Assembly: GCA_045863295.1 (NCBI GenBank) | Contig: BTWA01000003.1 | Location: 32,001 to 96,000, forward strand | DNA from: Candidatus Hydrogenedentota bacterium | GTDB taxonomy: Bacteria > Hydrogenedentota > Hydrogenedentia > Hydrogenedentales > SLHB01 | DNA length: 64,000 nucleotides | Reading direction: 5' to 3' | Part shown: piece after piece, positions 1 to 10,844 of the stretch | How the letters are laid out: every line of letters starts with the position of its first letter | How positions within the stretch are numbered: position 1 is the first letter of the stretch | Program-made: the position numbers and the translations under genes | The notes under the pieces: generated by a model | What the model saw: only the letters and a program-made list of their open reading frames with translations | The model's database searches: none | What the model was told of the DNA's origin: nothing

Positions 1-1103
1 ATGAATCCAAAAGGGCACAGTCGCCTGAATTTCGCAGCGATTACCGCGCGTGGCTTGCCTCCGTTGCACCGAATGCAGATCCCGACGCCACTGGAATCTC
101 GTACAACGATCATCGCGCGGCCGTCTACGCCTTGCCTGAGGAGTACCACCCGACGCAGTGGATGGGCATGACTGCCACGAATTTCATCGACCAATACGAT
201 CAACCAGAACCGTTCTTTTTGAAGGTCTCCTTTGCACGCCCGCACAGCCCCTACGATCCGCCGCAACGCTTCTGGGATCTGTACAAAGACGCGGAAATTC
301 CGCCGGCCGCCGTGGGTAAATGGGCCGAGAGGTATGTCCCTCAAAGCGCCAACTATCCAGACATCTGGCATGGAGACATGGGTGAAGAGTTGGTGCGTCA
401 GGCGCGTGTGGGATATTACGGAAACGTATCATTCGTGGACGAACAAATCGGCCGCATCCTCGAAGCCCTGGAAAAGCGGGGCATGCTGGAGGAAACGCTC
501 ATCATTTTCACCTCTGACCATGGCGATATGACCGGTGACCATCATATGTGGCGAAAATCCTACGCCTACGAGGCAAGCGCGCGGATACCCATGCTTATGC
601 GCTGGCCGGAAGGCCTCGTCGCCGCCAAGCGCGGGCAGGTACGCGACGAACCTGTCGAGTTGCGTGACATTTTCCCCACCTGCCTCGACGCCGCCGGCGG
701 CGAAGGCCTTGAACGGCTCGAAGGCAAGTCCATGCTGCCTCTTGTCGAAGACAAGGCGCCGGAATGGCGGAAGTGGATCGACCTCGAACACGACATCTGC
801 TATGATGCGAAGAACCATTGGAGCGCGGTCACCGACGGCAGTTCGAAATATATCTTTCATGCCATCGACGGCGAGGAACAGCTCTTCGATCTGACCACCG
901 ATCCCAACGAAACGAAGGATCTCGCAGGCGATCCTGTCCACGGTGTCACACTAAAAACCTGGCGCGACCGCCTGATCGGGCACCTGAGCGAACGAGGCGA
1001 TGCCTGGGTAAAGTACGGCCAACTGGTTTTACGCCCGGAAAGCATCAAGCTATCGCCAAACTATCCGGAACCGATACCGGTTGAGGCGCCAGTCCGGTCT
1101 TAG
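1..1103 (+). CDS. Sulfatase (arylsulfatase/choline-sulfatase-like), 5' end outside window
   Basis: Frame open from position 3. Sulfatase C-half motifs SFARPHSPYDP, FTSDHGDMTGDH, YEASARIPMLMR, EQLFDLTTDPNE. Confidence 0.85.
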   Translation, partial: ESKRAQSPEFRSDYRAWLASVAPNADPDATGISYNDHRAAVYALPEEYHPTQWMGMTATNFIDQYDQPEPFFLKVSFARPHSPYDPPQRFWDLYKDAEIPPAAVGKWAERYVPQSANYPDIWHGDMGEELVRQARVGYYGNVSFVDEQIGRILEALEKRGMLEETLIIFTSDHGDMTGDHHMWRKSYAYEASARIPMLMRWPEGLVAAKRGQVRDEPVELRDIFPTCLDAAGGEGLERLEGKSMLPLVEDKAPEWRKWIDLEHDICYDAKNHWSAVTDGSSKYIFHAIDGEEQLFDLTTDPNETKDLAGDPVHGVTLKTWRDRLIGHLSERGDAWVKYGQLVLRPESIKLSPNYPEPIPVEAPVRS

Positions 1104-1260
1104 TTTCCCGACAGGCCAAAGACCATTGCATGAGCGTGTGAACCGCACTAAAGCGCACAAGGGATTCGCGGATCACCAAACAATGCTGTTGTGTGAATTG
1201 CCGCAGCGGTTTCTCGTGGCCAGTTAGCCCGCATTTTGCACCACGCTCAAATCGTGCGTG

Positions 1261-1308
1261 GAAGAATGAAGTACAGTCTCCGAGGAAGACTGAAGTACAG
1301 TCTCCGAG
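1261..1308. repeat. Tandem 24-bp direct repeat (2 copies, 1 mismatch)
   Basis: gaagaatgaagtacagtctccgag followed by gaagactgaagtacagtctccgag, in the gap between convergent genes. Confidence 0.85.
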
Positions 1309-1450
1309 GTGCAAAATGCTCACACAGAATTCCTTAAGCTTGAAACGCTGAGGATATTTCACGTGCACACTGTAAGTGCGCAAGTGTTGGTAACAGGCTG
1401 GTTGAATTGTTCGTACACAGTAAATTGGACAAAGTCGTGAAATATCCGGG

Positions 1451-3556
1451 TTAGGGTAGACCACTTTGCCAATCGGCGAATTTCGCCGCGATGGCATCTG
1501 CACTCTCAAACGGTACGTACATCATCCGCGCTCTATACCCGTATGTCTTGCCCAACTCCGGCTCGCGGACGACGAACTGCCAATCCCACGCCGGGCTATG
1601 CGGATTGGGTTCTCCATTCGCAGACTTGATGAAATTCCAGAGCGCAAACCGTATTGGCTCACGCTGGTCAAACATCATCACATAGGCCATCGTGTCATTG
1701 TCGGTCGCCTTGTCCCCGTCGCCGTCCACCAGACCATAATAAAATGGATCGGTAAATTTCTTTGTAGGATGTTCAATCAGATTGAGCGTCTGCGCCCCGT
1801 CTTCGTAGGGCAGATCAGGCACTCCTGCATGGGAAACCGTGCCAGTTTCAAAGCCTGGCGTCTCTGAGTCGCCGGTCGGCTCCCCAAAAGTGACCCACCC
1901 ATCCACATCGCCATTCTTCCCTGGAAAGTGAATGGTGCGATCACGAGTGTGATTCATGTAACTCGCCCACATGAGCGCCGCGTATCCCAATGGATAGCGC
2001 GGTTCGCGCGGCGAGCAGGTAAACGTCATATCAACTCCATTCTCAATCAATGTATACCGCATGGCGCAATCCATCGCCCACGCCGACTCCTCCGCCTTCC
2101 ACGTAATCGTCACGTCATCCGGGCCATGCACGGTAATCAAGCACGCATCCTTGCGCGGAGTAAACATTGAGATGTCTTTGTCCTTCGCAGTGCCATTGAA
2201 TATGTGTTCGAAATTCAATCCCACAAAATCATCGCGAAAAAGGTTCCTCCCTGGATATGCCGCGTGATACAACGGATTAAACGCGCTGCCGGATCGCTCT
2301 TTGTTTCCCTCGTTGTTCCAAATCGTTCCGGTCCACGTGGAACCTGCTACATCGACATGGTGTTCCCCCGCGACCCGCAACGCCATTCGCCGATTGGCCT
2401 GGGCAATCGTTTTCAGAATGTAGGCCCGATTGTTGTCCAGGGTGATGCTGTAGTCTTCTTCCTGGGGCAAGAAATCGAATGTCCAAGCCGCCGCCAGTGG
2501 TACGCCGCTGCGTTCAATCGCGGTCACCTGGGCTAAGACTTCGCGTTTGGCCACATCTGGACCTCCGTCTTTCTCCGCGTGCGATGCCCCAAACTCACCC
2601 AAAAACAAGGCCTTCTTCGCCGTGGCAACCGCTTCAACGGCCAACCGCAAAGTCTCCTCGTAAGGCGTATAAGGCTGTTCGAATCGCGTCGTGCTGTCGA
2701 ATACGTACATGTGCACCGACACAAGGTCGATGGGGTCAGGTGCGGTCAGCAGCAGCGACTCCCGGAACTGCTCTCGTGAATCCTTCTTCCAGGATCGCTC
2801 CGTGCGCAAGTGATAGGCCGATGGCCGCGGCAAACTGTGGCCCGACGTGACCGGCCGGATCGGATCGTGTTGGCGCACAACCTTTGCAAACTCCATCGTG
2901 GCAACACGGATCATGTCGCTCGTCAGATCGTCCGCCTCGCTACGGCTAGCCGGCGTGCCCAGCGCCTCGTTGACCCACGGCCGCGTATCCGGTGCATTCG
3001 GCAAATCCATGGCAAGGTCGTACTCGTTCCCCAGTTCCCAAGCCCAGATCGCCGGAGATTCCTTGTATCGTTGCACCAGCGCCGACATGTAATCGCGCAT
3101 GAAGCCAATCGTCTTGCTTTCCGGGTTTCCCCACTGATTCCGGGGTTCACCCACAAGATCAGGAATCGTGGAGGTAAGCCAGAACACGCTCGGTATCAGC
3201 CCTATGCCCGACTCTTCCGCCGCTTTCACCACATCGTCCAGGCTTGCCCACCACCCCGCGGGGTCGGCCTGATACTGCTTCCATTCCACCGGCCAGAACC
3301 CGCCGCCATTGAACCGGACAAAGGGAATCTGGTTCTCGGCAAGAGTTTTGAAACCATCACGATAGGTAGTGTTCTCGGAATCTTGAAGCCGGCGAAGAAA
3401 AACGTCGTAATAATTGACGCCAATCGCCCGGTAGGGCTGGCCATCGCGCAGCAAAACGCCGTTCGCATCAATACGCAACGGCGGTTCTCCTGCCATTGAA
3501 ACGGCGGATAGGAACAGTGCTATCGCACACATGGATACTCGAACGGACTCCCCCAT
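1451..3556 (-). CDS. Secreted GH5-like (clan GH-A, beta-mannanase/cellulase-type) glycoside hydrolase fused to an uncharacterised C-terminal domain
   Basis: GAGGAG SD before ATG 3556, signal peptide, acid/base motif WELGNE, nucleophile motif LFLGEFG. About 300 extra C-terminal residues (GLNFEHIFNG, MWASYMN, PAWDWQF). Confidence 0.7.
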   Translation of the reverse strand: MGESVRVSMCAIALFLSAVSMAGEPPLRIDANGVLLRDGQPYRAIGVNYYDVFLRRLQDSENTTYRDGFKTLAENQIPFVRFNGGGFWPVEWKQYQADPAGWWASLDDVVKAAEESGIGLIPSVFWLTSTIPDLVGEPRNQWGNPESKTIGFMRDYMSALVQRYKESPAIWAWELGNEYDLAMDLPNAPDTRPWVNEALGTPASRSEADDLTSDMIRVATMEFAKVVRQHDPIRPVTSGHSLPRPSAYHLRTERSWKKDSREQFRESLLLTAPDPIDLVSVHMYVFDSTTRFEQPYTPYEETLRLAVEAVATAKKALFLGEFGASHAEKDGGPDVAKREVLAQVTAIERSGVPLAAAWTFDFLPQEEDYSITLDNNRAYILKTIAQANRRMALRVAGEHHVDVAGSTWTGTIWNNEGNKERSGSAFNPLYHAAYPGRNLFRDDFVGLNFEHIFNGTAKDKDISMFTPRKDACLITVHGPDDVTITWKAEESAWAMDCAMRYTLIENGVDMTFTCSPREPRYPLGYAALMWASYMNHTRDRTIHFPGKNGDVDGWVTFGEPTGDSETPGFETGTVSHAGVPDLPYEDGAQTLNLIEHPTKKFTDPFYYGLVDGDGDKATDNDTMAYVMMFDQREPIRFALWNFIKSANGEPNPHSPAWDWQFVVREPELGKTYGYRARMMYVPFESADAIAAKFADWQSGLP

Positions 3557-3651
3557 GGCACACGCTCCTCTTGTACAGCGCAGAAATGAATGCACGTCGA
3601 AAGCGTTACACCATATCAGAGTCTTTTCATGACATACAGTGAATGGGCCGG

Positions 3652-4797
3652 TCACTCCTCCGATTTCGGCCGATCGATGTAAACAAGACGATTGTCCGGT
3701 TCCATCACCCACCCGTGTTCCCGGCCATCGGACGACTCTGTTTGAAGCCAATCACTCGCACCGCCGCATACTACAGAGACGTACCCTTCCGGCAGATTCT
3801 CTATCCGGTAACGCCCATCTTCTCCCGTCACCGCCTTGGGCCGGCTCTCTTCAACAGACTCATACGGCTCCGCGTCCAGCCCGGTCCGGACCATAACGTG
3901 TACGTCCTTTCCGGCCACGGGCTTCCCTGATGAATCCACGACCAACCCCTCCAGCGCTACCGGCTGGGCGAGATACAACACAAGGTTTTCAAAATTGCTC
4001 GCGCCGGAATCATACAGTGGCACCTTACGAGTCACGTACCCGTCCGCTTTCACTTCGAGAAAAAATCCACCTTCCGGAATCTGCGCAATCGAGAATGCGC
4101 CTAAGGCATCCGCCTTGCTTTCCGGACCTGCCTTGACGGATCGGTCCCCGGCATAGCGGCAGACCGTTACGTGCGCGCCGGATACCGGTTTGCCGGTTGC
4201 ACATTCGTACACACTGCCACTAACAACACGGCCCAGTTCTTTCGCGTGGTCGCGCGATGCTGCCCGCTTGTCCACCACCTCGACCGTTGAAGGCACATGT
4301 ACATCCTTCCATACAATGGGCGTGCCATCTCCAAGAAAAACCTTCATGACGGTAGGCGGATACGGCTGTCTCCGGGTAACGGAATCAAGATCGAATCGTT
4401 GGCGCGGATTGTTATAGAGAAAATGAAAATTACGTGGAACCCAGATCGTCACTCGCCAATCCACCGAAACGGCTTCATCAGCGTTGGTTGCCGCGCCTCG
4501 ACCTACCTCATCTACCAACTCTACCGTCAAACCCGGCGCCCGGATTGCGCCAAACAACTCTAAAGCTTCATTCAGCTCGTCTGTACCGCCTCGATATTCC
4601 AGCATGTACTCGCCTCCCCCAAATGGCGGACCCTCAATGTACCGGAAGCGGCTCTCAAGATTGGCTATCTCCAAGGCCCCCATAGGCCAACCGGGATCCT
4701 CCATGGGGTTGTCTCCTCCCACCATGATGAGAGCCGACGCTGATACAGACAACGCGACACATGCAGCTAGAAACCTCAACGCAAAGCCTACTGGCAT
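3652..4797 (-). CDS. Secreted protein with carboxypeptidase-regulatory-like (prealbumin-fold) domains
   Basis: GGAGG SD, signal peptide ending SASA, two repeats of the type VSGSVY..TGKPVSGAHV / LEGLVVDSSGKPVAG..TGEDGRYRIENLPEG. Confidence 0.6.
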   Translation of the reverse strand: MPVGFALRFLAACVALSVSASALIMVGGDNPMEDPGWPMGALEIANLESRFRYIEGPPFGGGEYMLEYRGGTDELNEALELFGAIRAPGLTVELVDEVGRGAATNADEAVSVDWRVTIWVPRNFHFLYNNPRQRFDLDSVTRRQPYPPTVMKVFLGDGTPIVWKDVHVPSTVEVVDKRAASRDHAKELGRVVSGSVYECATGKPVSGAHVTVCRYAGDRSVKAGPESKADALGAFSIAQIPEGGFFLEVKADGYVTRKVPLYDSGASNFENLVLYLAQPVALEGLVVDSSGKPVAGKDVHVMVRTGLDAEPYESVEESRPKAVTGEDGRYRIENLPEGYVSVVCGGASDWLQTESSDGREHGWVMEPDNRLVYIDRPKSEE

Positions 4798-4981
4798 AAC
4801 GGATGCCTCCCATGGGTTCACAAGCGGGAACTCTCTGAAGCTATAACGACCGGATGAAGAATCCGTACAACTCCAGATTGCTGAGACTGATTGTACCTGC
4901 TCAAATGTGCTATAGTCTGCGATTCCGTGTAACCACATGATACGGCGCTTCTTGCGCCCTTGTTTTGAGGAGTCTGGGTCC

Positions 4982-7501
4982 ATGTCCGGCGGTAGCTACG
5001 ATCATGCAGCCATCGAAATCAAATGGCAGCAGTTTTGGTTGAAAAACAAGACATTCAAGTCCACGCTGGACAAGTCAAAGCCCAAATATTACGTCCTCGA
5101 CATGTTCCCGTATCCCAGCGGCGACGGCCTGCATGTGGGACATCCCGAGGGCTATACCGCCACCGACATACTCGCACGATACAAGCGAATGAACGGATTC
5201 AACGTGTTGCACCCCATGGGGTGGGATGCATTTGGCCTCCCCGCCGAGCGCCATGCCATGCGCACCGGCGAACACCCATCCATCCTCACGAAACGCAATT
5301 GCGACACGTTTCGCACCCAGATTCAGCGGCTTGGCCTGTCTTACGATTGGGATCGTGAAATCAACACGACAGACCCCGATTACTACAAATGGACCCAATG
5401 GATATTCTCCATCTTGTTCGAACGCGGTATGGCCTATCAAACCGAGGCCCCCGTGAACTGGTGCCCCGCCCTCTGTACTGTTTTGGCCAATGAAGAAGTG
5501 AAAGACGGCAAATACGTGGAGACCGGCGATCCCGTCGAACGGCGCATGATGAAGCAATGGATGCTGCGCATCACCGCGTATGCCGAACAGTTAATCAACG
5601 ATTTGGATACGGTCGATTGGCCGGAGAGCATCAAAACGATGCAGCGTGAATGGATAGGACGGAGCGAGGGTGCGGATGTCGTCTTCAAAGTGAGAAACAC
5701 CAACCTCGAGTTTACCGTTTTCACCACACGGCCAGACACGCTCTTCGGCGCAACGTATTGCGTACTTGCGCCGGAACATCCACTGACAAAACAAATTGCC
5801 ACAGCCGATCAACGCGCGGCAGTGGAAGCCTATATCGAAGCCGCCTCCAAGCGCAGCGCCCAGGATCGCATGAAGGACGAAAGGGAAAAGACAGGCGTCT
5901 TCACGGGTGCTTACGCCATCAACCCGGTAAATGGCAACGCCGTGCCTATCTGGACCGCCGATTATGTCCTCGCGGAATACGGCTACGGCGCCATCATGGC
6001 TGTACCCGCCCACGACGAACGCGACTACGCCTTCGCCCGTAAGTTCGATCTCCCCATCATCGAAGTCATCCAGGGCGGCAACATCAATGAAGCCGCCTAC
6101 GCAGGCGACGGACTGCACGTGAACTCCGGTTTTATCGACGGCATGAACGTGCCGGATGCCAAGCGCAGAATGAACGCTTGGCTGGAAGAAAAGGGCCTTG
6201 GTAAGGGAACCGTGACCTACAAACTACGCGACTGGTTGTTCTCGCGTCAGCGCTACTGGGGCGAGCCGTTTCCGCTCGTTGCCTTGGAAGACGGTACGGT
6301 GCGTGCCATACCCATGAGCGATTTGCCCGTCATGTTGCCCGAATTGGATGCCTACAAGCCGACTGAAGACGGCCAGCCGCCGCTGGCCCGCGCGACAGAC
6401 TGGGTGAACACCTCCTTCGACGGCAAGCCAGCGCGCCGCGAAACAAATACAATGCCCCAATGGGCAGGCTCGTGCTGGTACTACCTGCGCTTCATTGACG
6501 CGCGAAACAATAACGAAGCGTGGTCAAAGGAAGCCGAGGACTATTGGATGCCCGTCGACCTCTACGTCGGCGGCGCGGAACACGCCGTATTGCACCTGCT
6601 CTACTCGCGCTTCTGGCATAAAGTTCTCTACGATGCCGGCCAGGTACATACGAAAGAGCCGTTTCAAAAACTGTTCAACCAAGGCATGATCTTGGCCAAT
6701 TCCTATCAAGACACCAAAGGCAAATACTACTATCCGCAGCAAGCGGAAAAACGTGGTGAACAGTGGTTTGTTCAAGGTTCGGACAACGCGCTCAACGTGC
6801 AAGTCGAAAAGATGAGCAAATCTCGCTACAACGTCGTCAATCCCGACACCGTTGTCAAAGACTACGGCGCGGATTCCCTGCGACTGTATGAAATGTTCAT
6901 GGGCCCGCTCGACCGAGACAAGGTCTGGTCCGACGAAGGCCTCCAGGGCATGTTTCGTTTTCTGCGACGGGTTTGGGCACTGTTCGTTTGTGATGACGGC
7001 AGCCTGGCGACCAAGATTGTCGAAAGCGGCGGCGACACGTCGCTAATCAAGGCCATTCACAAAACGATCAAATCCGTCACGCACGACATCGAAGCCATGT
7101 TGTTCAACACGGCTATTGCCCGCATGATGGAATTCCTGAACGCGGCCGCAAAGGCCGAGTCCATTGACAAGGCCGTGCTTGACGATTTCGTGCTGCTCCT
7201 GTCGCCTTTCACTCCGCACATCGCGGAAGAACTCTGGAACCGCCTCGGACACAGCGACACCCTGGCCTACCACGCCTGGCCCGCATACGACGAAAGCCTG
7301 CTGGTCGAAGACACCATCCAGGTGCCTGTCCAAGTCAACGGCAAACTGCGCGTGGTCCTCGAAATCGCAAAGGACGCCCCCAAGGAAGACATTCTCGCCA
7401 CCGCCAAGGCCGACCCCAAAGTCGCCAGCCAACTCGACGGCAAACAAATCGTGAAGGAAGTCTACGTGCCGGGAAAGCTGGTGAATCTGGTGGTGAAATA
7501 A
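4982..7501 (+). CDS. leuS: Leucine--tRNA ligase
   Basis: MFPYPSG..LHVGH (HIGH motif), KMSKS, editing-domain FTTRPDT and [18 protein letters not shown] before ATG 4982. Confidence 0.98.
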   Translation: MSGGSYDHAAIEIKWQQFWLKNKTFKSTLDKSKPKYYVLDMFPYPSGDGLHVGHPEGYTATDILARYKRMNGFNVLHPMGWDAFGLPAERHAMRTGEHPSILTKRNCDTFRTQIQRLGLSYDWDREINTTDPDYYKWTQWIFSILFERGMAYQTEAPVNWCPALCTVLANEEVKDGKYVETGDPVERRMMKQWMLRITAYAEQLINDLDTVDWPESIKTMQREWIGRSEGADVVFKVRNTNLEFTVFTTRPDTLFGATYCVLAPEHPLTKQIATADQRAAVEAYIEAASKRSAQDRMKDEREKTGVFTGAYAINPVNGNAVPIWTADYVLAEYGYGAIMAVPAHDERDYAFARKFDLPIIEVIQGGNINEAAYAGDGLHVNSGFIDGMNVPDAKRRMNAWLEEKGLGKGTVTYKLRDWLFSRQRYWGEPFPLVALEDGTVRAIPMSDLPVMLPELDAYKPTEDGQPPLARATDWVNTSFDGKPARRETNTMPQWAGSCWYYLRFIDARNNNEAWSKEAEDYWMPVDLYVGGAEHAVLHLLYSRFWHKVLYDAGQVHTKEPFQKLFNQGMILANSYQDTKGKYYYPQQAEKRGEQWFVQGSDNALNVQVEKMSKSRYNVVNPDTVVKDYGADSLRLYEMFMGPLDRDKVWSDEGLQGMFRFLRRVWALFVCDDGSLATKIVESGGDTSLIKAIHKTIKSVTHDIEAMLFNTAIARMMEFLNAAAKAESIDKAVLDDFVLLLSPFTPHIAEELWNRLGHSDTLAYHAWPAYDESLLVEDTIQVPVQVNGKLRVVLEIAKDAPKEDILATAKADPKVASQLDGKQIVKEVYVPGKLVNLVVK

Positions 7502-7717
7502 CTCTGCGGCCATCTCAGGGGCTTTACGGTTGGAACAAGGCAGATACCGCAAATTGTAGAAACGGCGCCATGCCACATAGCGCACTGGGGTATCGGTATT
7601 TGCCTCCATCCTTCGAAAAATGATAAACTTTCCGCTATTCCTTGTGTTTGACGCCTGCCTTTGCTACGGCAATTCCGGCGGAATCACCCTGTTTCCTTAC
7701 CCAACTGGAGGTGCAAC

Positions 7718-8875
7718 ATGTCCCTGACCCCACATGGCGGTGGAGAACTGGTAAATCGGTTTCTCACCGGCGCGGCCCTGGAAGCCGCAAAGGCGAAGGC
7801 CGCCCAACTCCCCCGTCTCAAAATTGATGCCTACGCGGCTTTCGATGTCGATGGCATCGCAAAAGGCATTTTCAGCCCCATCAAGGGCTTTATGAACGAG
7901 CAGGAAACGCGTTCCGTGCTCGACACGATGCACCTGCGCAAGGGAATTCCGTGGACGATTCCCATTCTGTTGTCCGCCACGGATGAACAGGCCGCCAAGT
8001 TTGAAATCGGCGGGCAGATTGCACTCGAAGACGACGAAAATGACCTCGTCGCTATTCTCAACCTCAGCGAAAAATTCAAGGTGGACCATCGCGAAATCGC
8101 GGAAAAAGTCTACCGCACCACCGATGAAGCACATCCCGGAGTAAAGTACACGTTGTCGCTAGGCGACACCTTTCTCGCGGGCGACCTCGATGTACTCAAA
8201 GACCGCAAAGTGGAGCATCAGGATCACAATCTCACGCCCGCGCAGACCCGCGCCGCGTTTGAACATCACGGCTGGAAGCGCATCGTCGCGTTCCAGACGC
8301 GCAACCCCGTGCACCGAGCCCACGAGTACTTAACCAAGTGCGCGCTGGAAGTCTGCGACGGCCTGCTCATTCACCCGCTCATGGGAACCACGAAGAGCGA
8401 TGACATTCCCGGCAACGTCCGCATGGAATGCTACGAAGCGCTCATCTCGAATTACTACCCCAAGAATCACACGATGCTCTCCATTATGCCGGTGAACATG
8501 CGCTACGCCGGACCCAAGGAAGCCGTGATGCACGCGATCTATCGCCGTAACTACGGCTGCACCCACTTCATCGTGGGCCGCGACCACGCCGGCGTCGGCA
8601 ACTACTACGGCACGTACGATGCCCACTACATCTTCCAGGAATTCGACCCCCAGGAAATCGGCATCGCCACGCTGTTCTTCGATCACACGTTTCACTGCAA
8701 GGCCTGCGGCAACATGGCCAGCATCAAGTCCTGCCCGCACGACAAGGAACACCACACCATCCTTAGCGGCACCAAAGTACGCGACATGCTCAAGGCCGGC
8801 GAAATCCCGCCTGTCGAGTTCACGCGCCCCGAAGTAGCCAAAATCCTTATCAAGTGGGCTCAATCGGCCGGTTGA
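7718..8875 (+). CDS. sat: Sulfate adenylyltransferase (ATP sulfurylase, Sat type)
   Basis: PHGG N-terminus, FQTRNPVHRAHE, MRYAGPKEA, HFIVGRDHAG, Zn motif CKAC...CPH. GGAGG SD. Confidence 0.96.
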   Translation: MSLTPHGGGELVNRFLTGAALEAAKAKAAQLPRLKIDAYAAFDVDGIAKGIFSPIKGFMNEQETRSVLDTMHLRKGIPWTIPILLSATDEQAAKFEIGGQIALEDDENDLVAILNLSEKFKVDHREIAEKVYRTTDEAHPGVKYTLSLGDTFLAGDLDVLKDRKVEHQDHNLTPAQTRAAFEHHGWKRIVAFQTRNPVHRAHEYLTKCALEVCDGLLIHPLMGTTKSDDIPGNVRMECYEALISNYYPKNHTMLSIMPVNMRYAGPKEAVMHAIYRRNYGCTHFIVGRDHAGVGNYYGTYDAHYIFQEFDPQEIGIATLFFDHTFHCKACGNMASIKSCPHDKEHHTILSGTKVRDMLKAGEIPPVEFTRPEVAKILIKWAQSAG

Positions 8876-8887
8876 TTCCTGTTTTTC

Positions 8888-8923
8888 AAGAAGCGCCCCT
8901 GGAACACCCGGGGGCGCTTCTTT
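8888..8923 (+). terminator. Intrinsic terminator-like hairpin after sat
   Basis: aagaagcgcccc...ggggcgcttctt inverted repeat immediately after the stop codon. Confidence 0.7.
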
Positions 8924-8950
8924 CCATCAGTCTCAACCCTTAACGAATCC

Positions 8951-8991
8951 CATGGGTCCTTTGAGTCCATTTGGTCCCTTGGGCCCCATGG
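8951..8991. repeat. Degenerate 9-bp tandem repeat
   Basis: catgggtcc tttgagtcc atttggtcc cttgggccc catgg. Confidence 0.55.
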
Positions 8992-9071
8992 AGAGGCCGG
9001 GGCGTCCAGCGTCCCCGCCCACACGCGCCCATTCCCTTGATCCCCCGCACGCTTCCTGCTATTCCATATCC

Positions 9072-10394
9072 ATGTCCAAACGACTCTTCATCATCGGCCT
9101 CGACTGCGCCGATCCGCAATTCATCTTCGGCTCCGCCGCATTCAAACTGCCGAACCTGAACCGCCTCATGACCTCCGGCGCGTACGGCCCCATCCGAAGC
9201 TGCGACCCACCAATTACCGTGCCCGCCTGGTCCGTGCTGTTTTCCGGCAAAGACCCCGGCGAATTGGGCTGCTACGGCTTCCGCAACCGCGTAGATCATT
9301 CTTACGCTCCCATGGTCAATGCCGACGCCTCTTGGATTCAAACCCCGCGCCTGTGGGATACGCTCTCTCGCCGCGGCCTCTCGTCCATCGTCGTCGGCGT
9401 GCCGCAGACGTACCCGCCGAAGCCCGTCAAAGGCTGGCTCGTCTCGGGCCCCGAAACACCGGACGACGACGCAGACTGCACCTATCCCAAAATCCTGAAA
9501 CAAGAACTGCTGTCATCGGTCGGTGAACTGCTTTTCGATGTCCACGACTTTAGAAACCTGCCACCGGATCGCCTGATTGCTGCATGCCACCGACTCATGC
9601 AGAATCGCTTTGCCGTCACCCGCCACCTCATGGACACCAAACCGTGGGACGCCTGCATCATGGTCGAAATGGGCCTCGACCGCATGCACCACGCCCTCTG
9701 GCAGTACTGCGTCTCCGATCATCCAAGATTTGAAGCGAATTCACCGTATTCATCGGCCTTCAAGGACTACTACACCGCCCTCGATACCGAAATCGGCTCC
9801 CTGCTCGATCGCGTTGCCCCGGACACCCGCGTGCTCACCATCTCCGATCACGGCGCGCAAGCCATGCGCGGAGGATTCAACATCAACCAATGGCTAATCA
9901 ACGAAGGGTTGCTGGTCCTGAAGGACTCTCCGCATCAGCCCACATCGCTGGACATGCGAAACGTCGATTGGTCCCACACCACAGCTTGGGCCGCCGGCGG
10001 CTATTACGCCCGCCTGTTCCTCAATATCGAAGGCCGCGAACCAGACGGCATCATCCTGCAAGATCAACGCGAAGCCACGCTTGATCGCATCGCCAATAGC
10101 CTCGGCGCGATCACAAAACCCGACGACTCCCCACTCCGCGTCACCGCACACAAACCCGAATCGCTCTACCGCGAAGTCAACGGCGTCGCCCCCGACTTCC
10201 TCGTCTACTTCGAAGACCTCGCCTACCGTGCCCTCGGCTCCATCGGCATATCCAATCTCTTCTCTACCGAAAACGACACCGGCCCCGACGGCGCCAACCA
10301 CGCCCCCGAAGGCATCGCCATCTTCCACAACATCGATCCGCCGCCGAAACCTTGGCGGCTGCAAGATATCTATCCGCTGCTAGCCAGTTTGTAG
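9072..10394 (+). CDS. Alkaline phosphatase superfamily protein (type I phosphodiesterase / COG3379-like)
   Basis: IIGLDCA, PPITVPAW, LDRMHH, ISDHGA, GPDGANHAPEG metal-binding motifs. Confidence 0.8.
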   Translation: MSKRLFIIGLDCADPQFIFGSAAFKLPNLNRLMTSGAYGPIRSCDPPITVPAWSVLFSGKDPGELGCYGFRNRVDHSYAPMVNADASWIQTPRLWDTLSRRGLSSIVVGVPQTYPPKPVKGWLVSGPETPDDDADCTYPKILKQELLSSVGELLFDVHDFRNLPPDRLIAACHRLMQNRFAVTRHLMDTKPWDACIMVEMGLDRMHHALWQYCVSDHPRFEANSPYSSAFKDYYTALDTEIGSLLDRVAPDTRVLTISDHGAQAMRGGFNINQWLINEGLLVLKDSPHQPTSLDMRNVDWSHTTAWAAGGYYARLFLNIEGREPDGIILQDQREATLDRIANSLGAITKPDDSPLRVTAHKPESLYREVNGVAPDFLVYFEDLAYRALGSIGISNLFSTENDTGPDGANHAPEGIAIFHNIDPPPKPWRLQDIYPLLASL

Positions 10395-10731
10395 AAACAC
10401 CTATATAGAGTGCTGCGATACTTCACAGCTTTCGATGACCAGTCAGCCATGTATATGGAAGCCGGTTTAGAAGAAAACGGAAGACAGATCCGAATAGGTT
10501 TGGCGCCTGTGAGTTACTCATGTACCGCTCCAAGTGTTGGACAGGAGTTTGCCCAACACTCGATTCAGCTTCCATATTGCAAGCGCAATCCCCATGCCTT
10601 GGTTCGGCCCAACCTCGGCCGCCCAGAAAGGCGGTGTGTAGAAGTCGCATCGGTTTTTCGATTCATAAGCATTTCATATTCGCAAGGTTTACTTTCTGAA
10701 CACGCCAAACACAGGCACAGTTGCTCCTCTT

Positions 10732-10759
10732 CTCTGCGCCTCTGCGCATCTGCGCGAGA
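10732..10759. repeat. 8-bp tandem repeat (ctctgcgc)x3, REP-like intergenic motif
   Basis: ctctgcgc ctctgcgc atctgcgc gaga. Confidence 0.5.
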
Positions 10760-10844
10760 AGAGGCTTCCCCGCGCCTCCGCGCGAGACATTCCATAACTC
10801 GCCTGCTTCCTGCTAGCATGGCGCCTTCACCAGGAGACGCTGCC

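Noticed and set aside
1261..1308. CRISPR array
   Set aside because: Only two abutting repeats, no spacer and no cas genes.
10410..10844. N-terminal extensions given by the ORF track (also 3557-3751, 4798-4983, 8952-9071, 44185-44310)
   Set aside because: Downstream ATGs match SD sequences, signal peptides or family N-termini. The extensions cover intergenic or repeat sequence.
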